This document shows positions 18,328 to 28,722 of a stretch of 64,000 nt of DNA, piece after piece (position 1 is the stretch's first letter; every line of letters starts with the position of its first letter). The notes below the pieces were generated by a model that saw only the letters and a list, made by a program, of their open reading frames with translations, was not told where the DNA came from and ran no database searches. The stretch lies in IMG/VR virus record IMGVR_UViG_3300021378_000019, positions 4,182 through 68,181 of that record; one strand, written 5' to 3'. Made by a program: the position numbers and the translations under genes. Source of the DNA: a virus.

Positions 18328-19196
18328 TGCTCAGTAGTTTTTCATCTTCATTTTCTTTTGGTAAAATGTCAAAGGTTTTTCCTTCGCCTTATCAAAACGC
18401 AATATTGGTTCTTGATCTAGATGGTGAAAACTATTCAGGTTTTGGATCTGAATGGCCTGATACTTCTAGATATAAAAACGATGCATTTGCTGTAAACCAC
18501 GTTACGAGATATACTGCTAATGGTCAGTTTTATTTTACACTTGAGGGCAGTCTCATTTTAGAGGAGTTTATACCAACTGATGTAGAAGTTGGTGATGACG
18601 GCGAAAGCGGTATAGGGGCTAATACGATAACCGGTAACACAGCACCTTCTAACACAGTCATTGATACATCAGAACGCTTTACAGTTATAGACGATACATC
18701 ATTAGATATTGAAGGACAAATTTCTTTTGAAATGTGGCACAAAATTGATACTCTTCAAGGGGCCGATCCAACAGTTCTTTTTTCTAAGGTTGCTGAGGTT
18801 GAAGCAAACACTTACATAGGTTATTATGGTTATGTTGATAGCGGTGGATACAAATTTTCGTTTGGTAATTCCGCAAATAATCAAGTTCTTGAATATGCAA
18901 CAACACCAACAATAGATGTATGGCAGCATCTCGTAGTATCTATATCAAACGTTGGTAGTTCAGTATATATGAACGGAGTTGAAGTGGCTAATTCTAGTTA
19001 CACGTCAACATCAACATCTTCTAATGATTCTAATATAATAATAGGTTCTGCGATTTACGGCACTATCGGTGAAAGCATTACTGATATGTATAGCTTTGAT
19101 GGTGATATAGCAGCATTCAGAATATACGATGGTACTCTTACAGCAGAAGAAGTACTGGTCAATTTTAATGAAAAGAAATCAAGGTTTGGATTATAA
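18327..19196 (+). CDS. LamG-like (concanavalin-type jelly-roll) virion protein
   Basis: C-terminal FDGDIAAFRIYDGTLTAEEVLVNF resembles the LamG_3 hallmark (D.v.iYnraLsaeEi). Start overlaps the stop of the upstream gene. Confidence 0.55.
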   Translation: MLSSFSSSFSFGKMSKVFPSPYQNAILVLDLDGENYSGFGSEWPDTSRYKNDAFAVNHVTRYTANGQFYFTLEGSLILEEFIPTDVEVGDDGESGIGANTITGNTAPSNTVIDTSERFTVIDDTSLDIEGQISFEMWHKIDTLQGADPTVLFSKVAEVEANTYIGYYGYVDSGGYKFSFGNSANNQVLEYATTPTIDVWQHLVVSISNVGSSVYMNGVEVANSSYTSTSTSSNDSNIIIGSAIYGTIGESITDMYSFDGDIAAFRIYDGTLTAEEVLVNFNEKKSRFGL

Positions 19197-20005
19197 TGGC
19201 ATTTGTAAACACATTCTATAACGCCACAACTCGAAAATATATAGCTCTTTTTGGTACGCTTTTTAACAAAATTGTGGTCAATAGATATGACAATGAAGGA
19301 GTTGAACAGCAAGGTATTGTAGTACCAATTGCTTATGGTCCGTTTCAAAAGTTTCTTGCTAAAATAACTCAAGATCCAGAATTTACGCAGACTTCCGCGA
19401 TTACACTTCCTCGTATGTCGTTTGAAATTAATAATATGGTTTATGACGGAACAAGAAAGATTGGTTCAACTCAAAAAATTCGTAAAGAAAATAAAACGGA
19501 AACCAATGGCGCACGTGACTTTTCTTGGTCTGGAGCACCTTACAATATTGACTTTTCGCTTTATATTATGACCAAGTACTCAGAAGATGCGGTAAAAATT
19601 GTAGAGCAAATAATTCCATTTTTCAAACCAGAATGGACAACTACAGTCAAGCTCATCGACGATTTAGATCCCATTGACATTCCTCTTATTCTCAATGGAG
19701 TGACAAATGAAGAATTATATGAAGGATCATTCGAAGAAAGAAGATCTGTGCTTTGGACGCTAAATTTTACTATGAAATGTTGGTACTTTGGACCAGAGCG
19801 CAAAAAGAAAGTTATCAAGTTTATTGATGCTCAGATGTACAATACTACAGATGATAACGCGGATCCAGTAGAAGCAGTTAGAGTATTTCCAGGGCTTACT
19901 TCAGATGGTCAACCTACAAGTAGCGCTAACAACTCTATTCCATATGCTGATATCGAATTTGATGATGATTGGTCTGTGATTACGGTAATTGAAGAGGATC
20001 TATAA
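19196..20005 (+). CDS. gp15: tail sheath stabiliser/tail completion protein gp15
   Basis: YIALFGTLFNKIVVNR, VPIAYG, TLPRMSFEINNMVYD and IVEQIIPFFKP align to T4 gp15 (YATLMGDLFSNIQIKR, VPITY, ILPRINLHLVDFSYN, IVEQILPYFQP). Confidence 0.8.
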   Translation: MAFVNTFYNATTRKYIALFGTLFNKIVVNRYDNEGVEQQGIVVPIAYGPFQKFLAKITQDPEFTQTSAITLPRMSFEINNMVYDGTRKIGSTQKIRKENKTETNGARDFSWSGAPYNIDFSLYIMTKYSEDAVKIVEQIIPFFKPEWTTTVKLIDDLDPIDIPLILNGVTNEELYEGSFEERRSVLWTLNFTMKCWYFGPERKKKVIKFIDAQMYNTTDDNADPVEAVRVFPGLTSDGQPTSSANNSIPYADIEFDDDWSVITVIEEDL

Positions 20006-20448
20006 TGAATGACGATGCACTATCTAAATCTCTTGGCTTAAGACCACTCGAAGAAGCAAAAAAAGAAGATCTTCCAGTTATCGTAGAAGAAGAAAAAGAA
20101 ATACTTCCAGTTGAACCTAATACCTTAGCTGATGAAAATATTCTAGATATTGAAAAGGCTAGAGGAAACATCAAAAACATCATAGAACAGGGCGATGATG
20201 CTCTCAAGGAAATGATGGAACTTGCAAAGCAATCTGAGTCACCTCGAGCTTTTGAGGTAGCTTCTACACTCATGAAAACTCTTCTTGACGCAAACAAAGA
20301 CTTTGTAGATATGTCAACAAAGAAAAAGTATGCAATTGAAGAGAAAAATGGACCGAAAGAAACAGCTCAGACTAATGTTACGAATAACAATTTAATACTT
20401 TCGACTGCTGACTTGCTCAAAATGATCAAGGGTGATATCGATGGCTGA
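20005..20448 (+). CDS. gp16: terminase small subunit gp16
   Basis: AKQSESPRAFEVASTLMKTLLDANKDFVDM aligns to T4 gp16 [30 protein letters not shown]. Position is immediately upstream of the large terminase. Confidence 0.7.
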   Translation: MNDDALSKSLGLRPLEEAKKEDLPVIVEEEKEILPVEPNTLADENILDIEKARGNIKNIIEQGDDALKEMMELAKQSESPRAFEVASTLMKTLLDANKDFVDMSTKKKYAIEEKNGPKETAQTNVTNNNLILSTADLLKMIKGDIDG

Positions 20449-22060
20449 AGGATATCTTGGCAATCAACATCTCAAAAAGTCGAGTACTCCAATTGAGTGG
20501 ACTCCTGAATTACTCAAAGAGTATGCTAAGTGTGCACAAGATCCGATCTATTTTGCGAAGAAATACATCAAGATCGTTCACGTTGACCACGGTCTTATCC
20601 CATTTGATATGTATGATTATCAAGCAGATATTGTAGAAAAAATTACAAACAATCGAAGAGTTGCTGTTCTTACGGCTCGGCAATCTGGTAAAACTACTAC
20701 GGCGGTTGCGGTGATTCTTCATTACATTCTTTTCAACGAGTTTAAGACTGTAGCAGTTCTTGCAAACAAGGGTGACTCTGCAAGAGAAGTTCTTGGTAGA
20801 ATTCAACTTGCATATGAAGCATTGCCTAATTGGTTGCAGCAAGGTGTTGAAGAATGGAACAAGGGTAACATTACGCTTGAAAACGGCTGTAAAATCTACG
20901 CGGGTACAACTTCATCTTCTGCTATCCGTGGTAAATCTATTTCATTCTTGTATCTTGATGAGGTCGCGTTTATCGAAGGTTACGACGAGTTTTTCGCATC
21001 AGTATATCCTACAATTTCATCTGGTGAGTCTACAAAGCTTCTTATGACATCCACGCCAAACGGTTTAAACCACTTCTGGAAAACCTGTAAAGGTGCAGAA
21101 GAAAAAACAAATGGTTATGAGTTTGTGAAAGTTATGTGGAGCGATGTTCCGGGCCGAGATGAAAATTGGAAACAGGAAACGCTTGAAGCGCTTGACCATG
21201 ATTTAGAAAAGTTCAACCAAGAATATTGCTGTCAATTCTTAGGTAGTTCAGGTACACTGATATCTGGTACAAAACTTAAAGAGCTCGACTATTCAAAACC
21301 TATCATGGAAAAAGAAGGCTTGTGTCAATACGAAAGACCAACTCCTGGTTCTACTTATGTGATGACTGTTGACGTTTCTCGCGGTAAGGGTCTCGATTAT
21401 TCTACTTTTAATATCATAGACGTCACTCAAATGCCTTATAAACAGGCTTGTACTTATCGTGAAAACTTTATTGGACCAGTTGATTTTGCATCTATTATTT
21501 TCAGAATGGGCAAATTTTATAATGAAGCTGCGGTTCTCATAGAAATAAACGATATTGGCGAGCAGGTATCTGATACTCTTACTATGGATTACGGTTATGA
21601 AAATATGCTGTTTACTGAAAACGCTGGAAGAAGCGGAAAACGTATATCAAGCGGTTTCGGCAAACGAGCTGATAATGGCATACGCACTACAAAAACTGTA
21701 AAGTCTGTTGGCTGCTCAATGCTCAAAATGCTTATAGAGCAAAATCAACTTATTATACAAGACTATAACACTATTCAAGAGCTTTCTCGTTTTTCTAAAA
21801 AGGGTGGCTCATATGAAGCTGAGTCTGGATGGCATGACGATCTTGTAATGAACTTAGTAATTTTTGCTTGGCTTTCAGATCAAGCGTTTTTCAAAGATAT
21901 GACTGACATAAACACACTGTCAAAGCTTCGAGAAAAAACTGACCAAGAAATAGAAGACGATTTGCTTCCATTTGGTTTTATTGACTCTGGACCGTCTGAG
22001 TTAGAAACCGCAAAACCCGGTTTTCAACCAGTAAATGGTGGGTTCATGGCCGATTTCTAA
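20441..22060 (+). CDS. gp17: terminase large subunit gp17
   Basis: Walker A RQSGKTT. LANKGDSAREVL, VEEWNKGNITLENG, TSTPNGLNHFW and GWHDDLVMNLVIFAWLSDQ match T4 gp17. ATG at 20441 overlaps the gp16 stop (ATGGCTGA). Confidence 0.9.
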   Translation: MAEGYLGNQHLKKSSTPIEWTPELLKEYAKCAQDPIYFAKKYIKIVHVDHGLIPFDMYDYQADIVEKITNNRRVAVLTARQSGKTTTAVAVILHYILFNEFKTVAVLANKGDSAREVLGRIQLAYEALPNWLQQGVEEWNKGNITLENGCKIYAGTTSSSAIRGKSISFLYLDEVAFIEGYDEFFASVYPTISSGESTKLLMTSTPNGLNHFWKTCKGAEEKTNGYEFVKVMWSDVPGRDENWKQETLEALDHDLEKFNQEYCCQFLGSSGTLISGTKLKELDYSKPIMEKEGLCQYERPTPGSTYVMTVDVSRGKGLDYSTFNIIDVTQMPYKQACTYRENFIGPVDFASIIFRMGKFYNEAAVLIEINDIGEQVSDTLTMDYGYENMLFTENAGRSGKRISSGFGKRADNGIRTTKTVKSVGCSMLKMLIEQNQLIIQDYNTIQELSRFSKKGGSYEAESGWHDDLVMNLVIFAWLSDQAFFKDMTDINTLSKLREKTDQEIEDDLLPFGFIDSGPSELETAKPGFQPVNGGFMADF

Positions 22061-22064
22061 ATAT

Positions 22065-22072
22065 TATAAATA
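22065..22072 (+). promoter_or_regulatory. T4-type late promoter TATAAATA
   Basis: Exact octamer 50 nt upstream of the gp18 ATG. Confidence 0.6.
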
Positions 22073-22121
22073 TACTGAGAATCAAAATAAATAACTCAAT
22101 GTACATTAGAAGGAGACAAAA

Positions 22122-23999
22122 ATGGCATTCTCAGTAAGCCCTTCCGTCATTGTTCGAGAAATTGATGCCAGTGCGGTGATTCCAGCAACTAGTACGCCAC
22201 CAGCAGCAATTGCTGGCGTATTTCGCTGGGGTCCAGTCAATGAGGCAATTCTTGTAACATCAGAAGATGATCTTGTAGCTCGTTTCGGTAAACCAACCGA
22301 CAATAACTATGAAACATTTTTCACTGCAGCAGATTTTCTGTCATATTCAAACGCTCTTTACGTAGTTAGAGCGCATGATGCGGCTGCAAATAGTATCGCA
22401 GAATCAACAAATTTTAAAGCAAAATATCCTGGAGCGCTTGGAAACTCTCTTGAAGTTTCTTATGTAACTCCAGGCGACTATCAAGAAGACATCGCAGATG
22501 TAGGTGATTTGTTTGGAGCGATAACATTCAATTCAAATACGATTACCTTTTCAACAGAAACCGCTACTGGAATTGCAAATACTATTGTAAATTCTATTGC
22601 GGAAAATGATGTTATTCGCATTGGTAATGACTCAACTGGTTACCAAGAATTATACGTATCTGTAGTAGGTTCTGAAACTACAGATGGTGCAAATAGCTCA
22701 GTTATCGTTTCGTTTACAAATAAATACACACTTTCAGAATTAGATCTAGCAGATCTGAAGGTTGAACGTAAGTGGAGATATTCAAGTCTATTTGGATCTG
22801 CTTCTAGCGCAGGCCATATTCACATCGTAGTAAGAGATAAAAACGGAACTATTACTGGCTCAGCAGGAACTATTCTTGAAACATTTGCAAATGTTTCTAC
22901 TACTGTTGGTGCAAAACTAACAGATGGTACAGCAAACTATTACAAGACAGTTCTTGAAAACAGATCTGCTTGGATAAGTGCATCTGATACTAGTATTACT
23001 GCAGCCGCGCCAGTTACGGAATATGAAACACTAGCAGGAGGCGCGGATAGCTTAGATGAATCTAGTATCGGTCTCGGCGCTCTTGCTACAGCTTACGATT
23101 TGTTTGCAGATGCAAAAGAACTTGACATTTCGTTTGTTCTTCAAGGCAAAGCCAATACCGTCATGGTTAACAATCTTCCTACGCATGCAAACCTAGCAAA
23201 CTACATAGTTTCTAATGTAGTAGATAAACGTAGAGATTGTATTGCTTTCCTATCACCGCCAAAGGAAGCTGTTGTAGACATCGCTGCTTCAAATTCTAAA
23301 CTCAACGCAGTTATTGCATTTCGTAATCTTGTTCAATCATCTTCTTATTGGTTCATGGATAGCGGATATAAGTACCGCTACGATAAGTATAACGACGTAT
23401 ATCGTTGGGTACCTCTCAATGGCGATATTGCAGGTATTACGTCAAGAACCGAATCTTGGGAATCTCCCGCTGGTTACAAGCGTGGTATTATAAAAAATGT
23501 AATTAAGATTGCGTTTAATCCAAATAAGACTCAAAGAGATGCGCTTTATGGCGCAAATGTAAACTCTGTAATGTCAATTGCAGGTCAAGGCATTTTGCTC
23601 TTTGGAGATAAAACTGGACAAGGCGGAGTTACTGAATCTGGTCAAATTGGAGCTAGTGCGTTTGATCGTATTAACGTTCGTCGCCTATTCATTACTGTAG
23701 AAAAAGCAATTGCTAATGCTGCTGAGCAGTTTCTATTTGAATTCAACGATGAGTTTACTAGAACTCAGTTCAAGAATTTAGTTGAACCATTTCTTAGAGA
23801 CATTCAAGGTCGCCGTGGTATCATTGATTTTAGAGTAATATCAGACGAAACAGTAAATACTCCAAACGTCATTGACCAAAGTATGTTCAAAGCAAACATA
23901 TTCATTAAACCAGCCCGTTCTATCAATGTTATCGAACTTACATTCGTTGCTACCAGAACTGGTGTCGAGTTTGATGAAATTGTCGGTCAAATCGCCTAA
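22122..23999 (+). CDS. gp18: tail sheath protein gp18
   Basis: N-term PATSTPPAAIAGVFRWGPVNEAILVTSEDDLVARFGKP...FLSYSNALYVVRA aligns to T4 gp18 (TAALAGKFQWGPAFQIKQVTNEVDLVNTFGQP...FLQYGNDLRVVRA). Confidence 0.9.
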   Translation: MAFSVSPSVIVREIDASAVIPATSTPPAAIAGVFRWGPVNEAILVTSEDDLVARFGKPTDNNYETFFTAADFLSYSNALYVVRAHDAAANSIAESTNFKAKYPGALGNSLEVSYVTPGDYQEDIADVGDLFGAITFNSNTITFSTETATGIANTIVNSIAENDVIRIGNDSTGYQELYVSVVGSETTDGANSSVIVSFTNKYTLSELDLADLKVERKWRYSSLFGSASSAGHIHIVVRDKNGTITGSAGTILETFANVSTTVGAKLTDGTANYYKTVLENRSAWISASDTSITAAAPVTEYETLAGGADSLDESSIGLGALATAYDLFADAKELDISFVLQGKANTVMVNNLPTHANLANYIVSNVVDKRRDCIAFLSPPKEAVVDIAASNSKLNAVIAFRNLVQSSSYWFMDSGYKYRYDKYNDVYRWVPLNGDIAGITSRTESWESPAGYKRGIIKNVIKIAFNPNKTQRDALYGANVNSVMSIAGQGILLFGDKTGQGGVTESGQIGASAFDRINVRRLFITVEKAIANAAEQFLFEFNDEFTRTQFKNLVEPFLRDIQGRRGIIDFRVISDETVNTPNVIDQSMFKANIFIKPARSINVIELTFVATRTGVEFDEIVGQIA

Positions 24000-24022
24000 T
24001 AAATAGATAAAAGGAGAAAAAA

Positions 24023-24556
24023 ATGGCCTTCAATATACAACAATTTAAATCAGAGTTAGTGGGGGGCGGCGCTCGCCCCACGCTATTCCAAGTTCAAATC
24101 ACGAACCCAATTAATCCAGCAGCAGATCTGAAGGTGCCATTTATGGTATCTACAGCTGCTCTTCCTGGTTCTACTGTCGGAACAATTCCTGTTCCTTATT
24201 TTGGCAGAACTGTAAAGTATGCTGGAGACAGAACTTTTGAAGATTGGTCCGTAACAGTTATAAACGACGAAGACTTCCTGGTACGTAATGCAATGGAATC
24301 GTGGATGAACGCTATCAATAGTCACGATAGTAATACGAGAGCTCTTCCACAAAATTATAAATCTACTGGTTTGATTACTCAATATAGTAAAAATGGAAGT
24401 CCAATTCGTACATATATCTTCGAAGGTATTCATCCAATTTCTGTAGAACCAATTCCAATGTCTTGGTCTACAACAGATCAAATCGAAGAATTTGGTGTAA
24501 CATTCCAGTATGATCTATGGAGAGTTGAAGGTTCCACCGGTATTTCTACAACATAA
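24023..24556 (+). CDS. gp19: tail tube protein gp19
   Basis: ARPTLFQVQI, GDRTFEDWSVTVINDED and EEFGVTFQYDLW align to T4 gp19 (ARPNLFQVEI, GDRTFDDWTVTVMNDEA, QTFEVTLALDYW). Confidence 0.85.
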   Translation: MAFNIQQFKSELVGGGARPTLFQVQITNPINPAADLKVPFMVSTAALPGSTVGTIPVPYFGRTVKYAGDRTFEDWSVTVINDEDFLVRNAMESWMNAINSHDSNTRALPQNYKSTGLITQYSKNGSPIRTYIFEGIHPISVEPIPMSWSTTDQIEEFGVTFQYDLWRVEGSTGISTT

Positions 24557-24574
24557 TTGAGGATAAATTAAATA

Positions 24575-26197
24575 ATGCGTATATTTGGATTCGAAATACG
24601 AAGACCTGAAGACGAGGAGGACATCAGCAAACAGCCGATGTCCTTCGTCGAACCTACAAACGATGACGGTGCTATCACTATAGGAAGTGCTCTTGGCGGT
24701 TCCTATGGTATGATGCTTGATATGGAGGGTGCAGCAAAGACTGAGGCTGAGCTTGTTACCAAGTATCGTAGCATGGCTATGCAAACTGAGATTACTCAGG
24801 CCGTAGATGAAGTTGTAAACGAAGTAATCAGTATTGATTCACATGAAAAAGTTGTTGAAGTAGTTCTTGATGACACTGAATTGCCAGAAAAAGTAAAAGA
24901 AAGAATTATAGAAGAATTTGATAATGTCTTGAGTTTACTTGACTTTTCAAATAATGCATATGATATATTTTATCGCTTTTATGTAGACGGTCGTCTAAAT
25001 TATCATATTATGATTGATAACGAAAATCTCAAAGAAGGTATCTATGAGCTTCGTTATATTGATCCAAGAAAACTCAGGCTTGTAAAAGAAATTGATAAAA
25101 GAGAAAGAGATCCTCATTCTGGAATTCCGGTAAAGCGTGTAAAGTCAGAGTACTTTATGTACTCTGAAAATGGCTTCGGAAGTTCTAAAGGTTCTCAAAC
25201 GGATACGACTACGCAAGGTTATCGCATTGCAAAAGACTCTATTGCACGTATTACTTCTGGCATTCTCAATGAAAACAATTCTATGGTTCTTGGCCATTTG
25301 CATCCAGCAATCAAGCCATTGAACCAACTTCGTATGCTTGAAGACGCTGTCGTGATCTATACTCTTACAAGAGCACCTGAACGTCGTATTTTCTACATTG
25401 ACGTTGGTAACTTGCCGAAGGCTAAGGCTGAACAGTATCTTCACGATATGATGGTTCGCCATAAAAACAAGCTGCAGTATGATTCTACTTCTGGTGACAT
25501 CACAGACTCCCGTCGTTTCATGACTATGACTGAAGATTTTTGGTTTCCGCGTCGTGGTGGAGAAAGATCTACCGAAGTTGATCTTCTTGCTGGTGGTAAT
25601 TCACAAGCTCTTAGTTCTGATGAAAACTTGCTATACTTTCAAAAACAACTTTACAAGTCACTTCGAGTTCCAGTTTCAAGACTTGAGTCTGAAACGATGA
25701 ACGCTTTTGGCAGAGTTTCTGAAATAAGTAGAGATGAACTTAAGTTCGGAAAATTTGTGCGTAGACTTCGTGCAAGATTCTCTCAGCTTTTTGATACGAT
25801 TCTTGAAAAGCAGTTAATTCTGAAAGGTGTCATAGATCCAGAAGAATGGGCTGAAATCAAAGACAAAATTCGTTACGACTTCATGAAAGACAACTATTAC
25901 GAAGAACTTAAAAGTGCTGAAATTCTGCGTGAAAAAATGTCAACGCTTCGTGAAGTTGAAGAACAAGTCGGAAAGTACTTCTCAAGAGAATGGGTAATCA
26001 AAAACGTTCTTTTCTTGTCTGAGGATGATTGGAAAGAAATGAAAAAGCAAATTGACAAAGAAAAAGAATCCGAAGATCAAGAAATGGATAACATGGCAGG
26101 TGATCAACCGCCGCCTGAACAGCCAGATCAAGAGGCTGAGGAATCATTGCGAGTTATAAATAACAAAAATAATCAAATTGGGAGTACACGAGAATGA
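24575..26197 (+). CDS. gp20: portal vertex protein gp20
   Basis: [43 protein letters not shown]...[14 protein letters not shown] aligns to T4 gp20 ([41 protein letters not shown]...MSMTEDYWLQRRDG). Confidence 0.9.
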   Translation: [540 protein letters not shown]

Positions 26198-27765
26198 AAT
26201 CTTTCAGAAAACTCGTTTCAGAAGTAGCTCAGCCAAAAGCTGGAGATGAAGTTCACTTCAAGGCAAAGCACGAGGTTGAAAAGTTTCCGCACAGTCATGC
26301 TGGCGATGAAACTTTTAAAGGCGCAACTAAAAAAGCGCCAAAGCGCATCGCAGATCATGAAAAAGGCGATGATCAAGCTGTTTATGAAGCAAAAAAGCTT
26401 GATCCAGTCGGAAAAGAAGATGATGACATTGACAATGATGGCGATGTAGATTCATCTGATAAGTACCTTCACTCTCGTCGTAAAGCTATTTCAAAGGCTA
26501 TGAAAAAAGAAGCTGCCGAAGAGCTCGATGAAATTAGCAAAAAGACTCTTGGTTCATACGTTAAAAAAGCATCTGATGATATGGCAAATAACGCATATAC
26601 TCTTGGAGCACGTGACCCTCTTAAACCAAAGGGCAGCTGGGGTAAGTCTTTTAAGCGTAGAGCTGGTATTGCAAAAGCAACAGATCGTCTTACGAAAGAA
26701 GAAGTAGAGCTCGATGAAGCTCGCAAGAGTTCTTCATATCAATTTACTCATAAGCCGGGTGATGCTGAGTCTGAAAAGAAATTGGCTGACCTTAAAAAAT
26801 CTGTAAAGGGAACTGGTAAGCGCGTTGTGTTGCAGGGTCGCTTAGGTAAAGATAATCCTAATGCTCATAAGTATTCTAAGGATGCGCCTAGAGCACAATA
26901 TAACGATGGTAAGCGTGTAAATAGCGACGTCTCAGGAAAGTCTGGCGCACATTCGCATCAGCGTATTCAAAAAGCAGATGCTGCCCATCATGACGTATAT
27001 GTTTATGATCGTAATGAATCAGTAGAACTTTCAGAACTCTCACCAAACCTTCTTCATCGCTACATCAAGAAATCTACAGGAGATGCAGCTGGTACTGCAG
27101 CAGGAATGGGAGCCGATGCAGCAAAAGGTAAGGTAAATACAAATTCTGCTCGTAAACTTGGTAATCGTATGAAGGGCATTTCCGGTGCTTCAGGTCGTCT
27201 TGCTGATAAAGCAAACATGGCTGAGAACGCATGGGAAGAAGTTCCAATGATGATGCGTCAGCTTCAGTTCATTACATACGCTGCTGAAGAGATCATGGAA
27301 TACCTAGACACCGCTGTAGATCCAGAAGAGTGGTTCCAGAACAAACTAGCTAACATTCACGAACAGATGCAAACGTTACAAGCGTATGCCGAAGGCGACA
27401 TGCGTATGATGTCTAGAATGGGTGGAATGTATGGTGAAGAAGTCGAGCTTGATGAAGCTTCTCCTACAAAAAAAGCAATTGCAAGAGCTCTTCAGGGTAT
27501 GAAGGTTCAACCAAAGGATAAAATTTCTGTAAAGAAAGCTCCCTGGGAAAAGAATGAAGAAACTCAGCTTGAAGAAGCAGTAAAGCCAGGCCGTCTTAAG
27601 CTTGACGACGGCGCAACAGTTACAGTCTCAAAAAATGACGCAGACGTAGTCAATCAGATGTTCAATGATCTGAACGCGAAAAACCGTAAAAAGATGCAAG
27701 ATACTATGATGTCTGATAAAGCTGGCTTCGATGAGATCGTAGGCTTTGCGAAGGAGGCACTATAA
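26194..27765 (+). CDS. highly charged internal head/prohead-core protein (523 aa)
   Basis: Sits between portal and protease where T4 has core proteins. Lys/Glu/Asp-rich low complexity. EEVELDEA occurs twice. Confidence 0.55.
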   Translation: MKSFRKLVSEVAQPKAGDEVHFKAKHEVEKFPHSHAGDETFKGATKKAPKRIADHEKGDDQAVYEAKKLDPVGKEDDDIDNDGDVDSSDKYLHSRRKAISKAMKKEAAEELDEISKKTLGSYVKKASDDMANNAYTLGARDPLKPKGSWGKSFKRRAGIAKATDRLTKEEVELDEARKSSSYQFTHKPGDAESEKKLADLKKSVKGTGKRVVLQGRLGKDNPNAHKYSKDAPRAQYNDGKRVNSDVSGKSGAHSHQRIQKADAAHHDVYVYDRNESVELSELSPNLLHRYIKKSTGDAAGTAAGMGADAAKGKVNTNSARKLGNRMKGISGASGRLADKANMAENAWEEVPMMMRQLQFITYAAEEIMEYLDTAVDPEEWFQNKLANIHEQMQTLQAYAEGDMRMMSRMGGMYGEEVELDEASPTKKAIARALQGMKVQPKDKISVKKAPWEKNEETQLEEAVKPGRLKLDDGATVTVSKNDADVVNQMFNDLNAKNRKKMQDTMMSDKAGFDEIVGFAKEAL

Positions 27766-28010
27766 TGATTATAAAACCGCACAATATAGAAATTACAGTT
27801 TCTACAGCAAATACGGTATATGATGCTCCTTTAGTAAGAGTGTATGCTTCTGCAAATACACTTATTACAATTGAAGACGTAACTGCAAATACTACAATTA
27901 GTACTTTCACGATGGCTGAGAATACAGTAGAAATTGTAGAAAAAATTAAGACGCATTCAATTTTTGGCGACAGCGACATTCTGTGCGTTCCAGTGTCCTA
28001 TAAAGGCTAA
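27765..28010 (+). CDS. small prohead-core-like protein (81 aa), tentative
   Basis: Start overlaps the upstream stop (ATGA). Position equivalent to T4 gp67/gp68. No motif. Confidence 0.4.
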   Translation: MIIKPHNIEITVSTANTVYDAPLVRVYASANTLITIEDVTANTTISTFTMAENTVEIVEKIKTHSIFGDSDILCVPVSYKG

Positions 28011-28011
28011 T

Positions 28012-28019
28012 TATAAATA
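28012..28019 (+). promoter_or_regulatory. T4-type late promoter TATAAATA
   Basis: Exact octamer 21 nt upstream of the gp21 ATG. Confidence 0.6.
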
Positions 28020-28039
28020 AAAGTAAAAGGATCGCAAAA

Positions 28040-28717
28040 ATGAAACTGATCACAGAAGTATTTAACGATGACTGTTCTGTTCTTACTGAATCAAATGAAG
28101 AAGGCAAAAAGCAGTACTTCATTGAAGGTATCTTCATGCAAGGTGACCTAAAAAATCGCAATGGCAGAATTTATCCTTCTGCTGTGCTTGAAAAGGAAAT
28201 GAACCGCTACAACAAGGACTTTGTTGAAACCAAGCGCGCTCTTGGAGAGCTCGGTCATCCTGATGGACCGCAGATCAACGGCGATCGCGTATCTCATCTT
28301 ATTACTGAAATGAAGCGTGACGGTTCAAACTTTGTTGGTAAGGCAAAGATCCTTGGTACGCCAATGGGTAACATCGTAAAGACGTTCATTGATGAAGGTG
28401 TAAAGGTCGGTGTTTCTACAAGAGGTCTTGGTTCTGTAAAGCAAACAAAAGAAGGTATTATGGAAGTACAAGATGACTTTCATTTAGCTACTGTTGATGT
28501 TGTTACTGATCCTAGTGGACCGAACTGTTTTGTAAATGGTATTATGGAAAACACTGAATACTACTATGATATTACTTCCGGTGCTTGGAGAGCTCAAGAG
28601 TTTATCGAAGAAGCAGCCAAGGAAGTAAAAAAGCAGTATACAAGAACAGTTCGTAGGATTGATGAATCTGACGCGGCTCGTTTGTTTGAAAACTTTGTAA
28701 AGAGCCTCCAAAAATAA
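28040..28717 (+). CDS. gp21: prohead core scaffold/protease gp21
   Basis: YFIEGIFMQGDLKNRNGRIYPSAVLEK...KRALGELGHP...GVSTRGLGSV aligns to T4 gp21 (YIEGIFMQAEVVNRNKRLYPKRILEK...KQALGELNHP...GVSSRGLGSL). Confidence 0.85.
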   Translation: MKLITEVFNDDCSVLTESNEEGKKQYFIEGIFMQGDLKNRNGRIYPSAVLEKEMNRYNKDFVETKRALGELGHPDGPQINGDRVSHLITEMKRDGSNFVGKAKILGTPMGNIVKTFIDEGVKVGVSTRGLGSVKQTKEGIMEVQDDFHLATVDVVTDPSGPNCFVNGIMENTEYYYDITSGAWRAQEFIEEAAKEVKKQYTRTVRRIDESDAARLFENFVKSLQK

Positions 28718-28722
28718 ACTTT

